The notes: generated by a model not told the origin, from the letters alone. A DNA stretch of 64,000 bases from Candidatus Kapaibacterium sp. (GCA_937927515.1 CALBDO010000001.1:21773-85772), one strand, 5' to 3'; shown: positions 41,935 to 52,914, numbered from the stretch's first letter. A program made the numbers and translations.

Positions 41935-44900
41935 ATGTTCGCAAAAATTATACCAACTCAAACAATTGTTTTTTTAACTTTACTTTTCAATATCACGAAC
42001 ATTTTTTCTCAACCTTCTCGAGATACTCTTGCACCCATGTGGAATCTTATCCCCGTACCAAATCCTTCCCACATAAAGGTCATTACTTTTGATAGCAGTG
42101 ATGTAATGTACATAGGTATTTGGGGAGAAGGTATATTTCGGTCTTTAAATCTTGGACAGAACTGGACTGAAATTAATAATGGCTTGACAAATAAATATAT
42201 CACTGGCATTGAGATAACATCGAACGGGGTTCTTTATGCCTCAACTTATGGTGGTGGCGTATTTATTTCAACCAATAATGGTGCTTTGTGGACACCAATT
42301 AACAGCGGTTTACCAAGTTTAAAGGTCAAAGCTCTTAAAATTAAATATCCTGATACTTGCTTTGTGGCAATTGAAGGATTTGGCATTTATCGCTTGACCA
42401 ACAATGGAGCTACTAAAGTTAGATTTACTCAAGGCCTTTGGAATTATGATATTAATTGTATTACAATAGGCGATAATGGTTCTATTGTTGTTGGGACAAA
42501 TGGAGACGGTGTTTACTATTCAATCGACGGGGGCAGAACCTGGCGTCGCACTGGTTATGCTAATAATTTCAGAGTTATCACTTCCTTCGCTAAAAGTCCA
42601 ATTGGTGAAATATTTTGTGGGTCCTACCAAGGTGGAGTATTTTCCTCTGCCGACCATGGTTTAACTTGGACGGTATTCAAAAGAAATGATACCTTGAAAA
42701 ATGTCACCGCAGTTACTTATTTTAATTCTGCCGAACCTATCGCTGGCACCGATAGAATTGGTATTTTACGGTACGACTCTCGTGCATATGAAGACTGGAG
42801 ATTAACCAGCTTAAGAGATATTGGCGTTACTGCTTTAGCTAGAAGCCGCCAAGGCATTCTTTTTGCCGGAACTATCGATGGCGCTTTATACAAGAGTACA
42901 AACGGTGGAGCTAATTGGGTAAGTATCCGCTCCTCTAACAACTTCATCAGTTATTTTCATTCTTTTAACAAAACACTTTTTGTTGTTCTCAACAACAACA
43001 AATCGTTTAGAAGTACGAACTATGGTATGAGTTGGGAAGAACTAAACACGGGTAATGTTGCATTAACAGCCTTTTACAACGACTCAAGCAATAGATTATT
43101 CGCAACTGCAAGGTCCCTTTCTGCTCCTCGTGGTTACCTTTTGGTATCATCAGATTTGGGTAACAGCTGGGATACAGTGTTGGCTAAAAATGATACGCTT
43201 TTTGGTACTTTTGCCAACAAGGGTAACATATACTTTGTAGCAATTAATTTCCAACCTTCAAATCCACGAGACCCTACTTCACCAAGAAATGATTTACTAC
43301 GCTCGACCGATGGTGGAAACACTTGGAACCCACTGGGTGTGCGTTCTTTAGCTGTTCAGGGTATCAGTGCTATTGGATTTAATACTACTGGCACTGTCTT
43401 TGTTTCTCTCTCCGACAGCGTTATAAAATCCACAAACAATGGAAATTCATGGTCTATCTCCCTTAATAAATCTGCAAATACCTACAGAGACATTGCCTTC
43501 ACCAAAAATGGAACAATTTATGTTGCTGGTGATTTTTTAGTTTACCGCTCAACAAACGACGGAAATTTATGGACCACTAAAAGCGTAAGCAATTTGTTTC
43601 AATTCATAAATTCAATAACAGTCACAAAATACGACCAAATAATTTTTACAACTTACTACGGAGAATTACAAACTTCTATTAACAACGGTACAACTTGGGA
43701 TTCCTCCTCAGTTTACCCAGGTTTACTTAAAGAAAACATTCTCTTTGTCAAATCAGACAATAACGGATATTTATGGATTGTTACTAGTTCAAATATTTAT
43801 CGTTCCATCGACCCACAGGCACTTCCAAGACCAACTCTCTTAGAACCAGCCAATAATGCAAAAGCATTGGACCTCCGAACGACTTTTATTTGGAGAGAGC
43901 TCTCCGATATCGACCTTTATGAAATGGAGATTTCCGAAAACATGGACTTTTCAGTGGTAAACGAACGTATCATTCTTAAAGACACCTCTCGCCAGAACTA
44001 TTATTCATTTAATTACAATACAATGTATTTCTGGCGGGTTAGAACAAGACTAAATAACGCTTTGGGGAATTGGTCTGAAACGTTCACTTTTTCAACAATC
44101 GCGGAACCACCTCTACTTATCTCGCCAGCAAACAACTCCGGAGCAATCAATATACGACCAACCTTCGTATGGCATAAGGTACCAGATGCCCGGGGATACA
44201 CTTTGCAATGTTCCAAATCCCCTAGCTTTGACAATATAATATTTGAAAAGACCTTGAATAAGATTACAGATACAACTTATTCCCACAATGCCGATTTGGA
44301 ATATTCAACCGTCTATTTCTGGAGAGTAAAAGCAAATTTGGATAAAACATACACCGCGTGGTCCGAAACTTGGAAATTTAAAACTAAAATACCCGTTGTA
44401 AAACTGAGATATCCTCCAAATACAACCTATGGAGTACCCATAAATACAAAACTCCAGTGGACCCCTCCAACGAGCGATGCAATCTATGAAGTGCAAATTG
44501 CCTTTGACGAAAACTTCGAGAATATGTTTTTTGATGGTACTGCACAAGCAAATGACTACTTCGAACCAAAAATCCTTGGGTATTATACAAAATATTATTG
44601 GAGAGTTCGTCCAGTGGATGAATTTGGACCTTCCGATTGGTCCGAAACTTGGTGGTTCATTACAGTTATACAAGCACCAGAGCTAATCTCGCCAGAGAAT
44701 GACAGCAAAAACTTAAGGTTACCTATAAACTTTGTATGGTCGAGTTTTGATAAGGCAACCAACCATCATATACAAATAGCAAAAGATAAAAATTTCACTG
44801 AAGTAGTTACCGACGATTCCACCCTCTCCGAAAATAAATACCTTGCTATTAAACTCGACACCTATTCAAAATACTTTTGGAGAGTATGTTACAAAGCAAA

Positions 44901-45510
44901 TAGTTATAAAGGCTTGTGGAGCGAAACTTTTTCATTTACAACAAATATAGGTACTGCAAGTCTTATATATCCACCCAAAGACACTACTAATATGCCTCTC
45001 TCCTTTATTTTCCAATGGAAATCTGTTCCAGGAGCAGAATATTACGAATTCTTGCTTTCTTTAGATAGCAATTTTATTAAAGACATTATTATCTCTAGCG
45101 ACCAAATAACATCTACACAACTACTTGTACAAAATCTTGATTACGGTACAACCTACTTTTGGAAAGTTAGAGCAAAATCTAAGGAAAGCATCGGCGATTG
45201 GTCCGATATTTGGAAGTTTACCACATTAGAAAAACAACAAAGCCAAGTATTTGAAGATGATTACGGAATATCAATCAATCCTAATCCAACAAATGGACTG
45301 CTGAAAATTTCTTTAGTCAAAAATCCTGCACATATAAAGTCGATTAAAATAACAAATCTTTTGGGTGAAACAGTGTACAAGTTCAATTCGCTTTCTTTTA
45401 ATTCCGAAACACTTGTACTAGACCTGACAAATTTGGAAAAAGGTATTTTCTTTATTATTTTCGAATTTGATAATAATTTTATACACAGAAATTTTATTTT
45501 GTTAAGATAA
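41935..45510 (+). CDS. Large secreted protein: BNR/Asp-box beta-propellers, five Fn3-like repeats and a T9SS-type CTD
   Basis: Signal peptide (IFS-Q); many SxD/NxGxxW Asp-boxes; five ~92-aa L..P...W...Y[FY]W[RK]V...WS[ED].[WF].F.T repeats; CTD INPNPT...NLLGE...LEKGIFFI. Confidence 0.88.
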   Translation: MFAKIIPTQTIVFLTLLFNITNIFSQPSRDTLAPMWNLIPVPNPSHIKVITFDSSDVMYIGIWGEGIFRSLNLGQNWTEINNGLTNKYITGIEITSNGVLYASTYGGGVFISTNNGALWTPINSGLPSLKVKALKIKYPDTCFVAIEGFGIYRLTNNGATKVRFTQGLWNYDINCITIGDNGSIVVGTNGDGVYYSIDGGRTWRRTGYANNFRVITSFAKSPIGEIFCGSYQGGVFSSADHGLTWTVFKRNDTLKNVTAVTYFNSAEPIAGTDRIGILRYDSRAYEDWRLTSLRDIGVTALARSRQGILFAGTIDGALYKSTNGGANWVSIRSSNNFISYFHSFNKTLFVVLNNNKSFRSTNYGMSWEELNTGNVALTAFYNDSSNRLFATARSLSAPRGYLLVSSDLGNSWDTVLAKNDTLFGTFANKGNIYFVAINFQPSNPRDPTSPRNDLLRSTDGGNTWNPLGVRSLAVQGISAIGFNTTGTVFVSLSDSVIKSTNNGNSWSISLNKSANTYRDIAFTKNGTIYVAGDFLVYRSTNDGNLWTTKSVSNLFQFINSITVTKYDQIIFTTYYGELQTSINNGTTWDSSSVYPGLLKENILFVKSDNNGYLWIVTSSNIYRSIDPQALPRPTLLEPANNAKALDLRTTFIWRELSDIDLYEMEISENMDFSVVNERIILKDTSRQNYYSFNYNTMYFWRVRTRLNNALGNWSETFTFSTIAEPPLLISPANNSGAINIRPTFVWHKVPDARGYTLQCSKSPSFDNIIFEKTLNKITDTTYSHNADLEYSTVYFWRVKANLDKTYTAWSETWKFKTKIPVVKLRYPPNTTYGVPINTKLQWTPPTSDAIYEVQIAFDENFENMFFDGTAQANDYFEPKILGYYTKYYWRVRPVDEFGPSDWSETWWFITVIQAPELISPENDSKNLRLPINFVWSSFDKATNHHIQIAKDKNFTEVVTDDSTLSENKYLAIKLDTYSKYFWRVCYKANSYKGLWSETFSFTTNIGTASLIYPPKDTTNMPLSFIFQWKSVPGAEYYEFLLSLDSNFIKDIIISSDQITSTQLLVQNLDYGTTYFWKVRAKSKESIGDWSDIWKFTTLEKQQSQVFEDDYGISINPNPTNGLLKISLVKNPAHIKSIKITNLLGETVYKFNSLSFNSETLVLDLTNLEKGIFFIIFEFDNNFIHRNFILLR
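43822..45228 (+). repeat. Five tandem ~92-codon Fn3-like repeats inside the 1191-aa protein
   Basis: Protein-level repeats; TGGTCCGAAACTTGG (WSETW) is identical at 44359-44373 and 44638-44652. Boundaries are approximate. Confidence 0.75.
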
Positions 45511-45517
45511 TTTAAAT

Positions 45518-46396
45518 ATGTTGAAATCATTAGATACCATTTTACAAATACAGGAATTAGCAACCTTGCCAACAGTTACAACAAAGATTTTAGAACAAGT
45601 TGAGGATAACAATGTAGACATTCGAAATGTTGCCAAAACAATTGAAACAGATGCTTCACTTACAGCCAAAGTCTTGAAAGTTGCTAATTCTGCCATCTAC
45701 GGCTTGCGCACACCAGTCGCTTCTATACCACAAGCAATAATCACAATTGGATTGAATAGGTTAACCAATATTGTCATAGGCATCTCAATTTTTTCGCGCT
45801 TTATGGTATATGGAAAACAACAAATGAAACAACTTATGGAGAAATATTGGTGGCATTCCTCGTCGGTAAGTGTTGTTTCGAAATCTTTAGCTAAAAGAAT
45901 TGGGAAGAATTATAAAGAATTTGAATTTGTAGGAGGACTCCTACACGACTTTGGAAAAATAATTCTTATGCAATACCAATTGTCTGATTATTTAAAAGTC
46001 ATTGAATTAACAACAAATGAAAGAATCTTAGATGTCGAAGCTGAAAAGCAAATTTTCGGCTTCGACCATCTTGAAGTTGGTTCATTTGTCGCTGAGAAAT
46101 GGAAATTACCAATTCCCGTTGTAAACGTAATAGGGTACCATTCTAAATTGAATCGACTCAAAGATAACTTAGAGCTTGCCGCCATAATCAGGTTTTCAGA
46201 TTTATTATGTGAAATGTGGGGTGCCGATTTTTACGAAGGATATCAGATAATCAACTTTGAAGAACAACCTTCTTGGAAAATTTTAAAAGAGCATTTCCCT
46301 GAATTAAACGAACTCGACCTTGAGAAGTTTACATTTGAATTAGAAGAAGACTTTAAAAAAGCAAGCGAGTTTTTAAAAATCATTTCAACGAGCTAG
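45518..46396 (+). CDS. Stand-alone HDOD-domain protein
   Basis: LATLP, DASLTAKVLKVANS, WWHS, GGLLHDFGK, E..IFGFDH.EVG...AEKWKLP. Confidence 0.9.
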   Translation: MLKSLDTILQIQELATLPTVTTKILEQVEDNNVDIRNVAKTIETDASLTAKVLKVANSAIYGLRTPVASIPQAIITIGLNRLTNIVIGISIFSRFMVYGKQQMKQLMEKYWWHSSSVSVVSKSLAKRIGKNYKEFEFVGGLLHDFGKIILMQYQLSDYLKVIELTTNERILDVEAEKQIFGFDHLEVGSFVAEKWKLPIPVVNVIGYHSKLNRLKDNLELAAIIRFSDLLCEMWGADFYEGYQIINFEEQPSWKILKEHFPELNELDLEKFTFELEEDFKKASEFLKIISTS

Positions 46397-47651
46397 ATAA
46401 TACCTCTAACAAATATTCAACTATTTTCTTCGTTGAACCAATTCTTTCATAAAAATAATCCTTAATCCTTTCTTGAATTTCATTATAATATCTTTTGTCT
46501 CTTAAATCCAAAAGCGCTTTTGCCAAACTCTTACCATCATCGACAACTTTGAGTGCACCAAAATCTTTTAAGTTAATTGCATCGATAGAATTATCAATCT
46601 GACCACCACATATAATTGGAATACCAAATCCCGCAGGCTCTACAACACTATGAACACCACGACCAAAGCCACCTCCAACATAAGCTACGTCTCCAAGCGA
46701 ATAGAGAGAAAGTAAATATCCTATTTTATCTACAATAATGTTTTTTTCTCTGTAATTTCTTAAATTTACTGGTCGTTCCAAAATCTGGCTGAATTTAATC
46801 GTATTTTTGTCTTTTGATTCCAATAATCTTATAATTTCTTCTTTAGGTTCGTGAGGTACATAAATAATTCTTAGATTTATTTCATTCTTAATTAATTTTT
46901 TTGCTTCTAAAATAAGATTTATATCTTCCTCCCATATACTCCCAGCAATTAAAACAAAGTCGCCTCCAAAATCATTTTTTTGAATTGGAAGGGAATCAGG
47001 TATTTGAATCTTTGAATATACCCTATCAAATCTTGTATCATAAGCTAGTTCAATTGGGACCTTCAAATCTAAACCTACAAAAAATTCTAAATCATTTTTA
47101 TCCATTGGGTAAATTTTAGTAAATAGATTCAAACAAGTCTTTAAATATTTATTGTAAATATAGTTATTTGCATTCTTTGGCTTAGATGCTGAAATTAAAA
47201 ATGTTGGAATATTTCTTTGTTTGAGTTCTAATAAGTAATTCAGCCAAAACTCATAACGAATAAAAATAGCTAAATTTGGCTTAAGTAGGTCAAGAAATTT
47301 TCTGCTTTGCTTGGGAAAGTCCAAAGGTAAATAAAGCAAAACATCAGCAAATTTATAATTCCTCTGATTTTCATATCCGGAAGGTGAAAAAAAAGTTGCA
47401 ACGACAAAAAAATCATTATCTAAATTTTTTAAATATTCGATTATTGGTTTAGCTTGTTCAAATTCCCCCATTGAAGCACTATGAATCCAAATCGTCTTAC
47501 CAGTCCTTCTACTAAGAATTTTTTCCTTATTTATTAGTAAAACCTCTTTCCACTCTCTCTCTCGCTTCCTAAACTTTGAGGAGAAAAAAATAATAAAAGG
47601 TCTTAATAACCGGAACAGAATTAGACTTAGGTTGTATGCAGCTTTAACCAA
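46380..47651 (-). CDS. waaA: 3-deoxy-D-manno-octulosonic acid (Kdo) transferase
   Basis: WIHSASMGEFEQ, FFSPSG, YLPLD, DTRFDRV, VPHE, YVGGGF..GVHSVVEPA. Confidence 0.92.
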   Translation of the reverse strand: MVKAAYNLSLILFRLLRPFIIFFSSKFRKREREWKEVLLINKEKILSRRTGKTIWIHSASMGEFEQAKPIIEYLKNLDNDFFVVATFFSPSGYENQRNYKFADVLLYLPLDFPKQSRKFLDLLKPNLAIFIRYEFWLNYLLELKQRNIPTFLISASKPKNANNYIYNKYLKTCLNLFTKIYPMDKNDLEFFVGLDLKVPIELAYDTRFDRVYSKIQIPDSLPIQKNDFGGDFVLIAGSIWEEDINLILEAKKLIKNEINLRIIYVPHEPKEEIIRLLESKDKNTIKFSQILERPVNLRNYREKNIIVDKIGYLLSLYSLGDVAYVGGGFGRGVHSVVEPAGFGIPIICGGQIDNSIDAINLKDFGALKVVDDGKSLAKALLDLRDKRYYNEIQERIKDYFYERIGSTKKIVEYLLEVLSSSLK

Positions 47652-50508
47652 TTCCTAGCTCCGAAATCAAAAAACGACCAGTTAAGCTTTTAGGGTTATT
47701 AGCAATATCCTCTGGTGTTCCTTCGGCAACTATTTCACCACCCTCGTCACCACCCTTTGGCCCAAGGTCAATTATCCAATCTGCACATTTAATAACATCA
47801 AGGTTATGCTCAATCACTACAACAGTGTTCCCTTTATCAACTAATTTATTAAGCAAATTTAAAAGCAAACGTATATCCTCGAAATGCAAGCCAGTCGTAG
47901 GTTCATCAAGCAAATAAAGAGTTTTTCCAGTGCTTCTTTTGGAAAGTTCAGTTGCTAATTTTACACGTTGAGCTTCTCCACCGGATAGAGTTGGTGCTTG
48001 TTGACCAAGTTTGATGTATCCTAAGCCAACATCGTAAAGCGTTTGCAGAACTTTTTTAATTTTGGGTATATCCTTGAAAAAAAACAAAGACTCTTCAACA
48101 GTCATTTCAAGCACATCAGCTATGGATTTGTCTTTATATTTAACCGCAAGTGTCTCATCATTGTATCTTTTTCCACCACAGGTGTCACACACAACATAGA
48201 CTTCGGGCAGAAAATTCATCTCAATTACTTTCATACCACCGCCTTGACAATCTTCACATCTACCGCCCGGTATGTTAAATGAAAAACGACCGGGTTTATA
48301 CCCTCGCAGTCTCGACTCTGGAAGCATTGCAAAGAAATTTCTAATTTCAGAGAACACACCAGTGTATGTTGCTGGATTAGACCTTGGGGTTCTCCCTATC
48401 GGAGATTGGTCGATTTCAATAATTTTGTCTATGTGTTCAATACCTTCGATTGAATCGTATGGGAGGGGTTTCAAATTTGAATTATAAAAGTGATTTGAGA
48501 GAATTGGATACAAGGTATCATTAATTAATGTAGACTTTCCAGAGCCACTCAAGCCAGTTACACAAATGAATAAGCCAAGAGGTAATCGTAAAGTAATGTT
48601 TTTGAGGTTATTACCTCTTGCACCACGGAGGATTATTTCCTTGCCGTTGCCTTTGCGTCTTTTTGGAGGAATTTCAATTTTTCTTTCATTTAATAAGTAT
48701 TGAGCAGTTATAGATTTTTCTTTTATAGAGATGTCAAGAGTATTAATCTTTTGAGGTGGTGAGACAAAAATAACTTCTCCACCTTGAATACCTGCTCTTG
48801 GCCCTAAATCAACTATAACATCAGCGTTTTCTATTGTTGCTCTATCGTGCTCGACAACAATGATTGTATTACCCAAGTCCCGCAATCTTTTCAACGAATC
48901 AATTAACTTGTGATTATCGAATTGATGCAATCCAATGCTTGGCTCATCCAAAACATAAGTAACACCTACCAACTCCGAGCCAAGTTGTGCAGCAAGTCTA
49001 ATCCTTTGGGATTCTCCACCAGAGAGAGTTCTAACTGGACGATTGATAGAAACATAGGCTATTCCCAGCTTTTCCAGAAAATTAAGTCTGTCGAAAAGTT
49101 CTTTGAAAATAATCTTTGTTATAAGTTGTTCGCGTTCAGTTAATCTGTCATATATTTCTTTCAATATGTTTTTCGCCCCGGGAATATCTCTTTTGGCTAT
49201 GTCGTAAATCGAATATCCATAAACAAAGACGTTAAGGTTTTCCTCCTTCAATCTGGCTCCATTGCAAACTGGACAAGGGAAACCTCTTATGTACTTTTCT
49301 AAAGATTTAATTAATGATGGAGCTTCGGAATTTTTATAAACTTGACGTAAAGAATTTACAACCCCAATGTAGGTGATTTTATAAGGGGAACTTGAGTGTT
49401 TCATTTTCATTGTAATTTCAATTGGCTCCTCGTCATCACCATAAAGCAATAAATTAAATTCGTTCTTGTCAAGTGCTTTGATTGGCAAATTCAAATCTAA
49501 TTTATATTTCTGAGCAAAAGCCACCACTTGTTCGAGCAACCATACAAATCTTGAATCCTTGAGAATTTCGATAGCTCCTTCAGCAATTGACATATCATTA
49601 TTAGGTATTAATAAATCTAAATCAAAATCAAACAGTTCTCCAATGCCCTCGCACTTTGGACAGGCTCCATATTTCGAGTTGTAAGAAAAACTATTTGGTG
49701 CCAAAGGCTCGAATGAACGTCCACACTCCGGACAAGCATAATGAATACTCATTAATATATCTTTTTCTAAATCAAAGTCATACAATATAATGTTGCCATC
49801 ACCATAGTTTAAAGCCAAGTCGCACGATTGATACAAACGATTTACCTTCTGTTCATTTACGATTAATTTATCTATAACTAATTCAACATTGTGAGTTTGA
49901 TAACGAGAGAGCTTCATTCCCTCGACAATTTCAAGGAATTCCCCGTCGACCCTTACTTGGGTAAAGCCAAGTTTTAAAAATTGCTCGAAGAGCTCGCGGT
50001 AATGTCCTTTCCTTCCTCGAACCACTGGAGCAAGTATTTGTACCTTTTTCCCAGAGTATTCTTCTATTATTTTTTGTACTATTTGGTCGAGATTTTTTTT
50101 CTCAACTGGAATATTGCAGGCTGGGCAATACTGTACTCCAATTTTTGCAAAGAGCAACCGCAAATAATCGTAAATCTCCGTTACAGTACCAACAGTTGAC
50201 CTTGGATTATGGCTAATCGTCTTTTGTTCAATTGAAATACTTGGAGAAATCCCCTCAATTAAATCAACTTCGGGCTTCTTATAATTACCTATAAATTGAC
50301 GAGAATAAGCAGACAAACAATCAACATACCTTCTATTTCCTTCACTGTAAATAGTATCAAATGCAAGCGAAGACTTTCCAGAGCCAGATAGTCCTGTAAT
50401 TACAACAAATTTGTTTCGCGGGATGTTTAAACTAATGTTCTTTAAATTATGTTCTCTTGCCCCCCGAATGTTTATAAATTCAATTCCATTATTGCTTGAA
50501 ATCTCCAT
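47644..50508 (-). CDS. uvrA: Excinuclease ABC subunit A
   Basis: GAREHNLKN, two GLSGSGKS Walker A motifs, Zn-finger CxxC pairs, LSGGE signatures. Confidence 0.98.
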   Translation of the reverse strand: MEISSNNGIEFINIRGAREHNLKNISLNIPRNKFVVITGLSGSGKSSLAFDTIYSEGNRRYVDCLSAYSRQFIGNYKKPEVDLIEGISPSISIEQKTISHNPRSTVGTVTEIYDYLRLLFAKIGVQYCPACNIPVEKKNLDQIVQKIIEEYSGKKVQILAPVVRGRKGHYRELFEQFLKLGFTQVRVDGEFLEIVEGMKLSRYQTHNVELVIDKLIVNEQKVNRLYQSCDLALNYGDGNIILYDFDLEKDILMSIHYACPECGRSFEPLAPNSFSYNSKYGACPKCEGIGELFDFDLDLLIPNNDMSIAEGAIEILKDSRFVWLLEQVVAFAQKYKLDLNLPIKALDKNEFNLLLYGDDEEPIEITMKMKHSSSPYKITYIGVVNSLRQVYKNSEAPSLIKSLEKYIRGFPCPVCNGARLKEENLNVFVYGYSIYDIAKRDIPGAKNILKEIYDRLTEREQLITKIIFKELFDRLNFLEKLGIAYVSINRPVRTLSGGESQRIRLAAQLGSELVGVTYVLDEPSIGLHQFDNHKLIDSLKRLRDLGNTIIVVEHDRATIENADVIVDLGPRAGIQGGEVIFVSPPQKINTLDISIKEKSITAQYLLNERKIEIPPKRRKGNGKEIILRGARGNNLKNITLRLPLGLFICVTGLSGSGKSTLINDTLYPILSNHFYNSNLKPLPYDSIEGIEHIDKIIEIDQSPIGRTPRSNPATYTGVFSEIRNFFAMLPESRLRGYKPGRFSFNIPGGRCEDCQGGGMKVIEMNFLPEVYVVCDTCGGKRYNDETLAVKYKDKSIADVLEMTVEESLFFFKDIPKIKKVLQTLYDVGLGYIKLGQQAPTLSGGEAQRVKLATELSKRSTGKTLYLLDEPTTGLHFEDIRLLLNLLNKLVDKGNTVVVIEHNLDVIKCADWIIDLGPKGGDEGGEIVAEGTPEDIANNPKSLTGRFLISELGIG

Positions 50509-50782
50509 TATAATAAATTAAAAAGTATTTAAACTTTAAAAAACGAATAATTAAAATAGAAATTTTGAAAATCACCACATATCTATTATTGAACCAATTT
50601 ATGATAAAGACCTCTCTGAAGCTTTGGTGTGTGTCGACTAAATCTTTTAAATAATTAAAATAATGAATATTTCACTCCTGAATCATTATACTAATTTATA
50701 ACTACATTTCTTTACAGTACTAAAATCAATGATAAAATTAAATTTACAATACTATATATTTAAAATTTTAATGAGGGTCAAA

Positions 50783-52099
50783 ATGGTAAAGAATGTTGTT
50801 AGTTTTGTTTTACTTATTGTTTTTATAATTTGTAATTTTATTTATGTACGTTCAGATTTCAAAATTTCTGGAGAATTTCGAGTTCGAAGCGAACTCGATG
50901 GCAGAGACTTCTTAAATCAAACTTATCCTCAATCATTTACCGCACTTCGAGTAAGATTAAATTTTGAAAAAGTTATCAATGAGCACGTTATGTTCTTTGC
51001 CCAAATACAAGACTCGCGAGTTTTTGGCGAAGAAAAAAGCACACTTAAAGACATGAAAAACTTAGACCTTCATCAAGGATTTTTAAAAGTAAAAAACATA
51101 TTTGATACTCCATTTTTTATGACTTTTGGTAGATTCTCTCTTGAATATGGTAGGTTTAAAATTTTTGGTCCAAATGCTTGGCATAATGTTGGTCGTAGTC
51201 ACGATGGCTTCATATTTGGCTACAACACGGATAAATACAAAACGGATATTTTTATAACCACCCATTCGAACTTTCTAAGTTATCGTGCTGGCGCTGCAAA
51301 AGTCTACGAAAACTATGATTACAAAGAGGCTCCGGCCGACACTGGATTCAACATCTTTGGCTTCTATTCAACAAATAAGCTGTCTCCATTTCTTAACGGT
51401 GAATTATACTCATTTTATGAATGGGACCGGCATAGACCCAATGGCAAAGACATGCAACTTGGTAGGTACACTCTCGGTACTGCCTTCGAAATTGCACCAT
51501 CATCGTCACAATTAAATCTTAGATTTGAATTTGCCTACCAAGGAGGAACAATTTTCACATCTGAACTTCAAAACATTTCGGCATTTTTAATTCTAATAAA
51601 TTTACAATATAAAACTAAATCATTGGTTGCTTCTTTAAATGCCGACATTAATTCTGGAGGTGACCCCAAGAAAACAAATAAATATAAATTATTTGATAAT
51701 CCATACTCGACTAAACACAACTACCAGGGATTTATGGACTTTTTCACTGGCTTGTCTGAAAAAAAATTTTCGACTGGAATTTATGGATTAAATGACTACT
51801 TCATCCGACTTATCTATACCCCGTGGAATAATTTTAACCTTCAGTTTGATGGACATTACTTTACAACATTTGTCCCCTTTGAAAATTCAAAAGGTGAGAA
51901 AATTCATAAATATGGACCAGAGTTGAATTTCCTATTGCGTTACAAGCTATATGAAGTAGTGGAATTTGAGTGGGGTTCAGGAATATTCTTTGCTAATGAA
52001 GCTATGAAAGAATTATATAACCAACTTCCCAAAAGAGCGGGCACCGATAAATTTGACCCTGCATTTTGGACTTATATTCAAATAAACGTCAAAATTTAA
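50783..52099 (+). CDS. Alginate-export family outer-membrane beta-barrel (porin)
   Basis: SGEFRVRSE, LRVRLN, QIQDSRVFG, LDLHQGF, GR..L.YG, W.NVGRSHDG, F.NPY.T.H...G.MD; GAGGG SD before ATG 50783. Confidence 0.75.
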   Translation: MVKNVVSFVLLIVFIICNFIYVRSDFKISGEFRVRSELDGRDFLNQTYPQSFTALRVRLNFEKVINEHVMFFAQIQDSRVFGEEKSTLKDMKNLDLHQGFLKVKNIFDTPFFMTFGRFSLEYGRFKIFGPNAWHNVGRSHDGFIFGYNTDKYKTDIFITTHSNFLSYRAGAAKVYENYDYKEAPADTGFNIFGFYSTNKLSPFLNGELYSFYEWDRHRPNGKDMQLGRYTLGTAFEIAPSSSQLNLRFEFAYQGGTIFTSELQNISAFLILINLQYKTKSLVASLNADINSGGDPKKTNKYKLFDNPYSTKHNYQGFMDFFTGLSEKKFSTGIYGLNDYFIRLIYTPWNNFNLQFDGHYFTTFVPFENSKGEKIHKYGPELNFLLRYKLYEVVEFEWGSGIFFANEAMKELYNQLPKRAGTDKFDPAFWTYIQINVKI

Positions 52100-52135
52100 A
52101 AAAATTTCATAAGTATTTTTTCAATTCAAATTCAT

Positions 52136-52867
52136 TTAAAAATAGAGATATTCCCTAATTTTTTTATAAAGTTCCCAAGTGGATTTTACATCTTTAATGC
52201 AATACATAGCTATTTCAGTAAACTTCCCATATTTAAAATACTCGGAAACATTAGAACCATCGATACCAAAAGACTTAGGTGATTCAATCCCAAAAGAGCG
52301 AGTGTAAAAGTCAAGATTAAATTTTTTAGTTGCTGAGAAGTAAAATGTTGGTTGGTAAAATGTCAACTCATCCAACAAATCTGTGTGAAATTTGTAATTG
52401 AATTTTGTGCCCTCCATAATGTTTCTCGTTGGTTTCACTCCAAGAATAGCCGAACGAAGCATAATAAATGGACAATCGAAATTCCTTCCATTAAATGTTA
52501 TTAGGTGTATTTCACTGTACTTATCCAAAACTTTCCAAAAATATTTTATTGCCCTCCGTTCCGAAACAATGTAAATTTTAACATCATCAATTATTTCGAT
52601 TTTTTCGGTTTCATCATCCAAAGAATTATCGACAGCATAAGCCACAGCCTTTGTCGCAACTTCTTGCTCATCTTCTATTTCAACAAAATACAAACCAATA
52701 CAAATAATTTGTGCGGTGAAGGGTGAGAGACCCAACTCAGTCATTCGTTTTTGTTTTTCCTCCTCAGTCAGTAAGTTCCTAAACAAGTATTCCTTTTGAG
52801 ATTCTGAAAAAGTATCCCAATCCAACGGCGATGTTTCGATGTCAAATACTAAATATTCCTGTTTCAT
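52136..52867 (-). CDS. Stand-alone DEDD 3'-5' exonuclease (PolB-exo2 / RNase H-like family)
   Basis: VFDIET, TFNGRNFDCPF, HTDL, YCIKDV. Confidence 0.85.
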   Translation of the reverse strand: MKQEYLVFDIETSPLDWDTFSESQKEYLFRNLLTEEEKQKRMTELGLSPFTAQIICIGLYFVEIEDEQEVATKAVAYAVDNSLDDETEKIEIIDDVKIYIVSERRAIKYFWKVLDKYSEIHLITFNGRNFDCPFIMLRSAILGVKPTRNIMEGTKFNYKFHTDLLDELTFYQPTFYFSATKKFNLDFYTRSFGIESPKSFGIDGSNVSEYFKYGKFTEIAMYCIKDVKSTWELYKKIREYLYF

Positions 52868-52891
52868 AAGTTATTGTTGAGAATAAAAGAT

Positions 52892-52914
52892 TAATTTTGT
52901 AATTTACAAAAATA
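52892..52914. promoter_or_regulatory. Opposed pair of -7 boxes serving the bamD operon (+) and the exonuclease (-)
   Basis: TAATTTTG on + (52892-52899) and TATTTTTG on - (52907-52914) form the inverted repeat TTTTGTAA-T-TTACAAAA. Confidence 0.5.

Noticed and set aside
44359-44652. Identical 15-mers TGGTCCGAAACTTGG as a possible CRISPR or DGR repeat
   Set aside because: They encode WSETW in the Fn3-like repeats; there is no spacer periodicity, cas gene or reverse transcriptase.
50509-50600. SOS/LexA box upstream of uvrA
   Set aside because: No convincing palindrome matching a LexA motif I know was found.
50783-52099. Alginate biosynthesis
   Set aside because: Only the porin fold is present; there are no alg genes.
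52136-52867. Exonuclease as part of a defence or mobile element
   Set aside because: It stands alone among housekeeping genes, with no partner nuclease, ATPase, integrase or flanking repeats.
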